DNA of 32,000 bases from NCBI RefSeq assembly GCF_900083515.1, contig NZ_LT671858.1, positions 1,050,001 to 1,082,000 on the forward strand. The letters run 5' to 3'. The notes below the pieces were generated by a model. It ran no database searches. It had not been told where the DNA came from and worked only from the letters and a program-made list of their open reading frames with translations. Source of the DNA: Cuniculiplasma divulgatum. GTDB taxonomy: Archaea; Thermoplasmatota; Thermoplasmata; Thermoplasmatales; Thermoplasmataceae. The translations under genes and the position numbers were made by a program. Of the stretch, positions 25,348 to 32,000 are shown piece by piece (the first letter of the stretch is position 1; each line of letters starts with the position of its first letter).

Positions 25348-26564
25348 TGTAACTTACCACCATAATATCCAATGACAACATCTGATACATTATTTCCTGA
25401 GGGGCCTGTGTTTATATCTCTCTTAAGCTTGATTGCAAGATTTCCAGTGTCACTGTTCTGAATATATCTTTCAATCTCGTCATTGTCAATTCTTTCTTTC
25501 AGAGTACTATCAACCAGGAACCCGGCGAGGCCACTGTTTCCATCCTGACCATCTGTAGCAAATGAAACAAAAGAAAATTCCTCTGATTTTTCAGTCTTTT
25601 TGAGTATTAAGGATGATAAGTAACAATTTCTACCTCCCTTTCCATCTCCAGTCACCCTGGATGTTGTCTCTCCATATGCTGAAAAGACGAATGGCTTTCC
25701 AGTCTTTTTATATTGATTTCTCAGGAGGTCCAGTAATCTATCTGAGCAGATGTTAACATCTCCATCAAGTATATTCCCAAGGAAGATTTTTTCATAGGGC
25801 AGTTCGATACTATTGAGCATATCTCCTGCATATTTCTTACCGGCCAGAATTATATCTGATTCTATCCTGCATTCTCTGTATGTAATATTATGTTTCTCTA
25901 TTCCGAGCTTTGCCATGAGTTCTTTATCCGGGTCAAACCTCTTTCCTGGATAAAATGGGTTAGAACCAATGACTGAAATGTCATCACCAGGAACGTCTGA
26001 TATGGCAAGAATAAGGACTTCACCATAATTACTGTGATTCAACATTTTTCCGCACTTGACATCTGAAAGTATGCATCGGATTGAATTTATCTGTTCTATG
26101 GGATAACCTCCTGTAACAAGTATATGCATGATTTCCATGTAACGATCGATTGAAACCCATGGAACAACTTTCTCGAATAGTGATGATGACCCTCCTGAAA
26201 GAAGGAAAATTAGTTTCTCCGAATTATCTTTCCCGATTAAATTAAATATTGCCTCTGAAGAATTAAATGTGTCATTCTCTGGAAAAGGATGATTTCCCTT
26301 AAACACCATGAATCCGTCAACATTTTCTGGACTTGGCGTCAGGCATATGCTTAGATTAGAATTTTTTATTACTGATCTGTCCAGTCCTTTTACCATTGGA
26401 ATGGATGCCTTACCAACAGAAAATATACTGTAACTGCTATGTGATATAAATGTCCTGATTCGTTCACTCTGATTCTTCATTATGATTTCCGGAGATTCTA
26501 TTTTCATTACCCTCAAGACAACATCTCTTATTTTTTCATTGATCTCCTTCATGTTTCCTGACAT
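25344..26564 (-). CDS. MOFRL-family glycerate 2-kinase (DUF4147 + MOFRL domains)
   Basis: GKASIPM near the N-terminus, LSGGSSSLFE, and the C-terminal ATDGQDGNSGLAG (MOFRL). 406 aa. It overlaps trmI by 4 nt. Confidence 0.7.
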   Translation of the reverse strand: MSGNMKEINEKIRDVVLRVMKIESPEIIMKNQSERIRTFISHSSYSIFSVGKASIPMVKGLDRSVIKNSNLSICLTPSPENVDGFMVFKGNHPFPENDTFNSSEAIFNLIGKDNSEKLIFLLSGGSSSLFEKVVPWVSIDRYMEIMHILVTGGYPIEQINSIRCILSDVKCGKMLNHSNYGEVLILAISDVPGDDISVIGSNPFYPGKRFDPDKELMAKLGIEKHNITYRECRIESDIILAGKKYAGDMLNSIELPYEKIFLGNILDGDVNICSDRLLDLLRNQYKKTGKPFVFSAYGETTSRVTGDGKGGRNCYLSSLILKKTEKSEEFSFVSFATDGQDGNSGLAGFLVDSTLKERIDNDEIERYIQNSDTGNLAIKLKRDINTGPSGNNVSDVVIGYYGGKLQ

Positions 26565-26664
26565 GTTTAAGGTATCAGCTTAAGGTCAATAAACTTAATT
26601 TTTCATAAAAAATTAGAAAAAACATTTTAATACTATTATCATTTAGATGTCATGAGGTGAAGCC

Positions 26665-26739
26665 GTGTTATTCAACTATAGACCTAGGGATGATGACGAC
26701 GATGACGACGACGATGACGATGACGACGATGGGTTCTGA
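26665..26739 (+). CDS. Candidate upstream mini-ORF, 24 aa: MLFNYRPR-D14-GF
   Basis: The GTG at 26665 is preceded by GAGGTGA (26654-26660), a 7-nt match to the complement of the conserved 3' end of 16S rRNA, at 4 nt spacing. The ORF ends at TGA 26737-26739, inside the AAGGAG SD of the helicase gene. An alternative reading starts at ATG 26690 (MMTTMTTTMTMTTMGSEGAI) and stops at TAA 26750-26752, abutting the helicase ATG. Confidence 0.25.
   Translation: MLFNYRPRDDDDDDDDDDDDDDGF
26689..26730 (+). repeat. Imperfect trinucleotide repeat (GAY)14
   Basis: Read directly: gat gat gac gac gat gac gac gac gat gac gat gac gac gat. It ends 23 nt upstream of the Lhr-type helicase start. Confidence 0.95.
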
Positions 26740-26752
26740 AGGAGCAATTTAA

Positions 26753-29479
26753 ATGGTCGTTATCAACGAGAATAATTTTGAAAATTTTTTCTCACAGAGA
26801 ATGTATGATTTTTTCAACACCCTAAAATTTGAAGAATTGACAGAAGCTCAGGAGATGCTCATCCCAGTAATTAGAAGTGGAAAAAGCGCCATGCTGATAT
26901 CTCCAACAGGAAGCGGAAAGACAGAAGCCGCTATTTTTCCCATATTTGATTATATACTTAATAACGAGACAAAACCAATAACAGCACTCTTCATCACACC
27001 ACTAAGAGCTTTGAACAGGGATATGTTACTCCGACTCAAGAATTATGGAAAAAAGATGGGTATAAGTGTTCAGGTTAGACACAGTGATATCTCTGAAAAG
27101 GAAAGGAGAGAGATCAGGGATAATCCTGCAGATATACTCATCACTACGCCAGAGTCGGTTCAGATACTGTTAAACTCAAAAAAGATAAGAGAGTACCTTA
27201 AATATTTGAAATATGTCATTGTAGATGAACTCCATGAACTGGCACAGAATGAAAGAGGGACGCAGTTAAGCATTTCTCTGGAAAGACTTGCAGAATTGTC
27301 ACCAAATTTTCAGAGGATAGGACTATCTGCAACAGTCGGAAATCCAGAGGAACTAGCTAGATTTCTTTATAATACTGGTAATGTAGAAATTCTCAAAACA
27401 TCCATGATAAAAACCATGGAGTTTGAGATTACAATTCCTGAAAAAGCCTCAGATGACATAGCAAGTAAGATGGGCTGTGAACCAGAGTATGCAGGGGCAG
27501 TTAAAAAAATTAAAGAACTGATTGAGTCCCATCAGGGTGCACTTGTATTTGTGAATACAAGAAGTGTGGCGGAGGATATTGCATTTCGAATGTCCCTATA
27601 TTATGGACAATTACCAGTAATGGTTCATCATGGTTCCCTTTCTAGAGAAACCAGGGAAGAGGCAGAGGCAAAATTCAAGAACAGGGAGATCAAAGGACTG
27701 ATTTGTACATCATCTCTGGAACTTGGGATAGACATAGGTTCTGCAGATCTTGTAATACAGTTCAATTCTCCAAGACAAATAAACAAGTTGATTCAAAGGA
27801 TCGGTAGGTCAGGTCACTGGATACAGAAAATCTCCAGAGGAATAATTCTCTGTGGAGACCTCATTGAAATGGAGGAAGCTATGGCAATAGTAGGACAGAT
27901 CAACAACCAGATACTTGAACCGGTGTTTATCAGAGATCTGTCCTATGCAACAGTGGCAAATCAGATACTTTTAAGATCTCACGAGATGAGAAAGTTTAAT
28001 ACTGAGAAATTCTACAAAATACTTATCAGAAGCTATCCCATGAGAAACCTATCCTATGAGGAATATCTTTCCATCATAGATTTTTTAAAAGTTTCAAGAA
28101 AGATCAGGTACGATTCTGTTAACGTTATGTCATCATCATCCTCGCTTGAATATTTCATAAATAATATTTCAATGATACCAAGCGAGAAGACATATAGGGT
28201 GATAGATGTAATCAACAGGAAATTTGTTGGAACACTTGACGAAAGATATGTACTGAATGAAATAGAACCCGGAGCTTATTTTGTTATGAGGGGTGCAACA
28301 TGGAGAACAATAAGACTTGAGGAACAGAGTATATTTGTTGAACCTTTTCATACTGCTGCCCTCACCCCCAAATGGACGGGAGAGGATATACCTGTCCTTA
28401 CAGATGTAACTGAAAGAGTTTCATTTAACAGGGAATTCTGCAATATAGATGAAAGCGTTGATCCCAGATCAAGAAAGAAACTTGAAGAGTGGCTGAAACA
28501 GGATCTTGCTCTTACAAGGAAGGTGTTCGTGGAGACCCATGGACAGGAGATACTTATACAGATACTATTAGGAACAAAGGGAAATTTTGCTCTTTCTGAG
28601 ATAATAGGGTCCTTACTCACTGCCATAACAGGTGAAAGCGTTGAAACAGACTATTCTCCATACCACATTTATATGAGAACTGGTAAGAAATTGAGGTCAG
28701 CCGATATGGTTGAGATAATTAGACAGCTGAAGAATCATGATCTTGAAATTCTCATAGAAAATACTGTTAAAAGATCCAGATTTTTCAATGGAATATTCCT
28801 TTACGAGGCAAGAAAATTTGGAGTCATTAAGATGGATGCTGATCTTTCAAGAATGAGGATAGAGAAGATAATTGAATCTTATAAAAACACGGTTCTCTAT
28901 GAAGACTGTATAAGGAAGATGATGAATGATTATATGGACATGGATACTGTGAATCTATTCATTAAAAACATTGATGATATTGAATTTGTTGAACGTGAAA
29001 ACTTCAGCCAGGGATCAGAAAAGTTCCTGTCTCATTATTCAGAGAGAATTGCACCATTAAAACCAACCAAGGCAATTATTGATTCGATCAGGGACAGACT
29101 ACTAAATGAAGAGATGACACTGCTCTGCACAAAGTGCCTGTGGACACATACAGATAAGGTTAAAAATTTAAATAATTTTAGATGTCCTTCCTGTGGAAGC
29201 AACCTTGTTGCAGCAATTTCACCGTTCAGCAGAGATAGCATAAAGGAATCAATTGACCGCGAAAAACTTACACTTAAGGAGAAAAATAGCCTGACAAAGT
29301 CCATTCACATTCTAAGGGCAAGAGGAAAGACAGCATTAATGACCATGGCAGGTAGAGGAATAGGGCCAGAAATGGCTACAAGACTTCTTTCGGTTAGATA
29401 TTTTGATGAGGATGACCTTATTAGGGAAATAATAAGACAGGAAACTGATTTTGCAAAAAATAGGAGGTTCTGGAACTGA
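26753..29479 (+). CDS. lhr: Lhr-family (large helicase-related) SF2 ATP-dependent helicase with C-terminal zinc ribbon
   Basis: Motif I SPTGSGKTEAA, motif II DELHEL, motif III SATVGN, HHGSLSRETR, TSSLELGIDIG, and motif VI QRIGRSGH. C-terminal CTKC...CPSCGS. 908 aa. AAGGAG lies 8 nt upstream of the ATG. Confidence 0.85.
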   Translation: MVVINENNFENFFSQRMYDFFNTLKFEELTEAQEMLIPVIRSGKSAMLISPTGSGKTEAAIFPIFDYILNNETKPITALFITPLRALNRDMLLRLKNYGKKMGISVQVRHSDISEKERREIRDNPADILITTPESVQILLNSKKIREYLKYLKYVIVDELHELAQNERGTQLSISLERLAELSPNFQRIGLSATVGNPEELARFLYNTGNVEILKTSMIKTMEFEITIPEKASDDIASKMGCEPEYAGAVKKIKELIESHQGALVFVNTRSVAEDIAFRMSLYYGQLPVMVHHGSLSRETREEAEAKFKNREIKGLICTSSLELGIDIGSADLVIQFNSPRQINKLIQRIGRSGHWIQKISRGIILCGDLIEMEEAMAIVGQINNQILEPVFIRDLSYATVANQILLRSHEMRKFNTEKFYKILIRSYPMRNLSYEEYLSIIDFLKVSRKIRYDSVNVMSSSSSLEYFINNISMIPSEKTYRVIDVINRKFVGTLDERYVLNEIEPGAYFVMRGATWRTIRLEEQSIFVEPFHTAALTPKWTGEDIPVLTDVTERVSFNREFCNIDESVDPRSRKKLEEWLKQDLALTRKVFVETHGQEILIQILLGTKGNFALSEIIGSLLTAITGESVETDYSPYHIYMRTGKKLRSADMVEIIRQLKNHDLEILIENTVKRSRFFNGIFLYEARKFGVIKMDADLSRMRIEKIIESYKNTVLYEDCIRKMMNDYMDMDTVNLFIKNIDDIEFVERENFSQGSEKFLSHYSERIAPLKPTKAIIDSIRDRLLNEEMTLLCTKCLWTHTDKVKNLNNFRCPSCGSNLVAAISPFSRDSIKESIDREKLTLKEKNSLTKSIHILRARGKTALMTMAGRGIGPEMATRLLSVRYFDEDDLIREIIRQETDFAKNRRFWN

Positions 29480-29514
29480 GGGAGAATAAATTCGTCAGAG
29501 AAGTTGAATATGTT

Positions 29515-29841
29515 TTGAGGGACAATATTAATTCGCCTATTATTGTAGAGGGGGATCATGACGTTTCAGCGCTAAGGGAAATTGGTGTCACTGGAGAGAT
29601 CATAAAAATCAACCAGGGTGTATCCATAGAAAATTTCTGCAGCAGAGTTTCTTCAGAACATACTAAAGTAATACTATTAACGGACTTTGATAGAAAGGGA
29701 ATAGATCTTCAATCAAAAATATCCACTATTCTTCAGAGTTATGGATGCAAAGTGAACTCCAGATTCTGGTACTTTATAGACCACAGCTTTAAGATTAAGA
29801 GTGTTGAGGACCTTCCCTGGCTTCTTCGGGAAAATCAGTGA
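29515..29841 (+). CDS. Small Toprim-domain protein (UPF0292-like)
   Basis: IIVEGDHDVSALREIG and VILLTDFDRKGIDL supply the Toprim E and DxD acidic motifs. The start is uncertain. TTG 29515 has no SD. The in-frame CTG at 29476 has GGAGGT 7 nt upstream and overlaps the lhr stop (CTGA). Confidence 0.65.
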   Translation: MRDNINSPIIVEGDHDVSALREIGVTGEIIKINQGVSIENFCSRVSSEHTKVILLTDFDRKGIDLQSKISTILQSYGCKVNSRFWYFIDHSFKIKSVEDLPWLLRENQ

Positions 29842-30583
29842 AATCCTCCATTTCAACCGGATAAAATCTTATTCCCTCTGGGGATGAATATTTAGCAAAT
29901 TTTGCATTATATGCCATTTCTAGATTGTGGATTGTTAGAACATCTTCCTTATCTCCGAAGGCAACAACCTTACCTTCCCTGAAAAGAAGGATAGAATCAG
30001 ATATTCTGTTAGCTAAGTTTATGTCATGCATTACAAGCAGAACACCCTTTCTCTTTTCCTTTAAAGAATTAAGAATCTTAATAAGAGTGCTAATTTTGTC
30101 AAGATCAAGAAATGACGTAGGTTCATCCATCATTATATAATCTGCATTCTGATAAATACCGCCGGCTATGGACACCATTCTTTTTTCTCCTCCACTCAAC
30201 GTAGAGAAATCCCTATCGATGAACTTTTCTACGCCACATAGTTTTAGAGCATCTACAATTTCTTCATCACCACCCATTCTTGTAAAGCCAGAAATCTCCA
30301 TAACATCCCTTACTGTAAAACCCATGGGGTCCGGAATTTCCTGTTGAACATAGGAAATTTTTCTTGCTACAACTGATGGCTTCAATTTCCTAAGATTGTC
30401 GCCATCCACAATTATGGAACCTCCAATCAGGGGTATATAACCACTGATTGCTGTGAGTGTCGAAGTTTTCCCTGAACCATTTTTTCCGCAGATTGAAAGG
30501 ATTTCTCCAGGGGAAAGTTCCATGGAGACAGGACCTATCTCAAGCTCACCTCGCCTGAAACGAATGTCATTCAGTTCAAGCAC
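29795..30583 (-). CDS. ABC transporter ATP-binding protein (FecE/BtuD-type)
   Basis: Walker A GKNGSGKTS, signature LSGGEKRM, Walker B IMMDEPTSFLD, H-loop MHD. It overlaps the permease gene by 8 nt. Confidence 0.85.
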   Translation of the reverse strand: MLELNDIRFRRGELEIGPVSMELSPGEILSICGKNGSGKTSTLTAISGYIPLIGGSIIVDGDNLRKLKPSVVARKISYVQQEIPDPMGFTVRDVMEISGFTRMGGDEEIVDALKLCGVEKFIDRDFSTLSGGEKRMVSIAGGIYQNADYIMMDEPTSFLDLDKISTLIKILNSLKEKRKGVLLVMHDINLANRISDSILLFREGKVVAFGDKEDVLTIHNLEMAYNAKFAKYSSPEGIRFYPVEMEDFTDFPEEAREGPQHS

Positions 30584-31649
30584 TGTAATACCCCCTTTTT
30601 GATATTTTTGCCATAAGAATCATGAAAAATGGTACACCAATTATGCCCGTGATAATACCTATGGGTAAAACCTCTCCCTTTATGATCAAATGTGCAAGAT
30701 CATTGCTGAGAATAAGGAATGTTGCACCAAGAATAGCAGAGGAAGGGATCACATACTTATTGGAACCACCATACAATAATCTTGAAACATGTGGGAATAT
30801 TAGACCTACAAATCCGATGAGACCGCTAATTGAAACACATGCAGATACTGCCACTGTGGTAAGCCCTATAGCAGCGAGTTTAGATTTTTCGGCATTTACT
30901 CCTACAGACTTTGCGTAAATCTCTCCCATCTGGAGTGCGTTTAACTGCCTGTACATTGACCCCAGTATAAGGGAAGTTACAATAACCAGAGGTACAACGA
31001 TCATGTCATCAAGCCAAGAAATACCTGAAAGCGATCCAAGAATCCAGTAAAATATCCTATTCTCAAGAGCCGGTTTCGAATAAAGCAATAGGGCCACAAA
31101 TGATGTTGCAAAAAGTGATATGGCGATACCTGTAAGCAGGAATACAACAGGAGGAGTTCTCCCATTTCTAAAGGATAAAACATAAACACCTGAAACAATA
31201 AGTATTGCGAATATAAATGCAAATATGGGTAATGTGAAAATTCCGAAAACTGTTATTCCAAAAACTATTGCAATGACAGCTCCAAGGGTTGCCCCACTGG
31301 ATACTCCTGTAATATATGGCTCAGATATGGGGTTCCTAAAAATACTCTGGATAACAGCACCTCCCACGCCTAGGGAAGCTCCAACAGCGGCTGCCCCAAG
31401 AATCTCGGGTTCTCTCAGCTGAGTTACTATAATATAATCAGAATATTTTACGGAACCTACATTGATTCCGATCTGCTCTCCTACTGAGCGCAGTATGGTA
31501 AAAAATTCAACATTTACCGACCCTACCCCCAGAGAAAGGAAAAATGATAGGAAAAAGGCTATAATTGAAATTGAAAATATGGTATACGTTCTACCATGTG
31601 ATACCATTAATTTCCTAATCTGTTTATTTTTAAACATTAACATCCTCAT
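30576..31649 (-). CDS. ABC transporter permease, FecCD/BtuC family
   Basis: About 9-10 TM segments, with FecCD-typical length and G/A-rich helices (ILGAAAVGASLGVGGAVIQSIFRNP). The exact start among several N-terminal Met codons is uncertain. Confidence 0.8.
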   Translation of the reverse strand: MRMLMFKNKQIRKLMVSHGRTYTIFSISIIAFFLSFFLSLGVGSVNVEFFTILRSVGEQIGINVGSVKYSDYIIVTQLREPEILGAAAVGASLGVGGAVIQSIFRNPISEPYITGVSSGATLGAVIAIVFGITVFGIFTLPIFAFIFAILIVSGVYVLSFRNGRTPPVVFLLTGIAISLFATSFVALLLYSKPALENRIFYWILGSLSGISWLDDMIVVPLVIVTSLILGSMYRQLNALQMGEIYAKSVGVNAEKSKLAAIGLTTVAVSACVSISGLIGFVGLIFPHVSRLLYGGSNKYVIPSSAILGATFLILSNDLAHLIIKGEVLPIGIITGIIGVPFFMILMAKISKRGYYSA

Positions 31650-32000
31650 AGATACTCTGAACCTTTGGAGGTTCTGGATTGTAATTTAATTCAAATGGAA
31701 ATTTAGGAAGTTTGACTGTTATGTGATATACTTCATAGATCATCCATTCTATGGCAAATATATTTCTGAAGTTAGGTTCTGAGAAAAGATTTGTATTAAA
31801 TGCGGTATAGATCGTATTATTCTTATAAGCACCAGTTGAATCAAAGGGTTCTTTGTCAAGATCGGATTGATTAAAGCATGTTCCAAGAAGTATTACCTGA
31901 GGATTTGAGTTTACTATGTTTTCATTTGATATCTCATAGAAACCAGATCCATTTGCTATATTATTTAAATGAGAGTAATTGAACATAGCATTCACAAATG
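31630..32000 (-). CDS. Substrate-binding protein of the FecB/BtuF type, C-terminal part only (gene runs off the window)
   Basis: An ORF open to the window edge, directly upstream of and overlapping the FecCD permease. The VILLGTC...DLDKEP segment fits the cluster-A binding-protein C-lobe. The identification rests mainly on context. Confidence 0.5.
   Translation of the reverse strand, partial: FVNAMFNYSHLNNIANGSGFYEISNENIVNSNPQVILLGTCFNQSDLDKEPFDSTGAYKNNTIYTAFNTNLFSEPNFRNIFAIEWMIYEVYHITVKLPKFPFELNYNPEPPKVQSIYEDVNV

Noticed and set aside
2110-31689. Many 60-117-aa ORFs nested inside or antisense to the long CDSs. Examples are 2110..2397, 2225..2410, 2407..2640, 3074..3328, 3395..3619, 6190..6492, 6613..6843, 6914..7114, 9000..9233, 9436..9627, 10405..10590, 12605..12847, 13378..13683, 14365..14574, 15591..15815, 15911..16150, 16548..16757, 18931..19155, 19763..20032, 19911..20237, 21765..22025, 23271..23549, 23574..23795, 24121..24474, 28169..28351, 28348..28626, 29035..29304, 29305..29559, 29925..30140, 30622..30918, 31001..31222, 31225..31422 and 31462..31689.
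   Set aside because: These are shadow ORFs. Each overlaps a longer ORF that has clear family motifs. Their translations are compositionally odd (Ser/Ile/Phe/Cys-rich) and show no recognisable motifs or promoter/SD signals.
1-32000. A scan of the whole window for CRISPR arrays, IS elements and rRNA genes.
   Set aside because: There are no regularly spaced 25-40-nt direct repeats, no terminal inverted repeats flanking a transposase-like ORF, and no rRNA-like GC-rich blocks. The only GC-rich islands are the SRP RNA and the two tRNAs.

Overview
This is a low-GC, AT-rich, gene-dense archaeal chromosomal segment, probably from a Thermoplasmata-like euryarchaeon. That assignment is an inference from a ~300-nt archaeal SRP RNA, a NOG1 GTPase, an archaeal GluRS, a class II HMG-CoA reductase, a MOFRL glycerate kinase, tRNAs without encoded CCA, and TATA boxes ~26-30 nt upstream of first-gene start codons. 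All protein calls rest on motif recognition by eye; no database search was possible. Contents in order: an HD phosphohydrolase; an SRP (7S) RNA gene that the ORF track misses; a late-cobalamin/corrinoid-salvage cluster (cobD-cobQ-cbiB-cobT on the minus strand, cobS divergent); a DUF1059-like protein, NOG1 and GluRS; two tandem paralogous small membrane proteins; class II HMG-CoA reductase coupled to a TPR protein; two MFS transporters; an acyl-CoA synthetase; tRNA-Ser(GCU) and tRNA-Thr(GGU); a GT2 glycosyltransferase; an MBL hydrolase; pyrBI; TrmI; glycerate 2-kinase; an Lhr-type helicase followed by a small Toprim protein; and a FecCD/BtuFCD-type ABC importer that runs off the window end. No CRISPR array, transposase or integrase is visible. 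The best candidate for something undescribed is a two-gene cassette at 21811-22947. It encodes a protein with two tandem ribbon-helix-helix-like motifs, SD-coupled to a 235-aa protein with no motif I recognise, behind a 420-bp AT-rich spacer carrying palindromic operator-like sites. Secondary candidates are the Lhr-Toprim operon with its (GAY)14 poly-Asp upstream ORF, the SRP RNA abutting the HD gene, the tandem membrane paralogs, and two very small ORFs with good leaderless-promoter geometry. Several ORF-track starts look over-extended and are corrected in the feature list.
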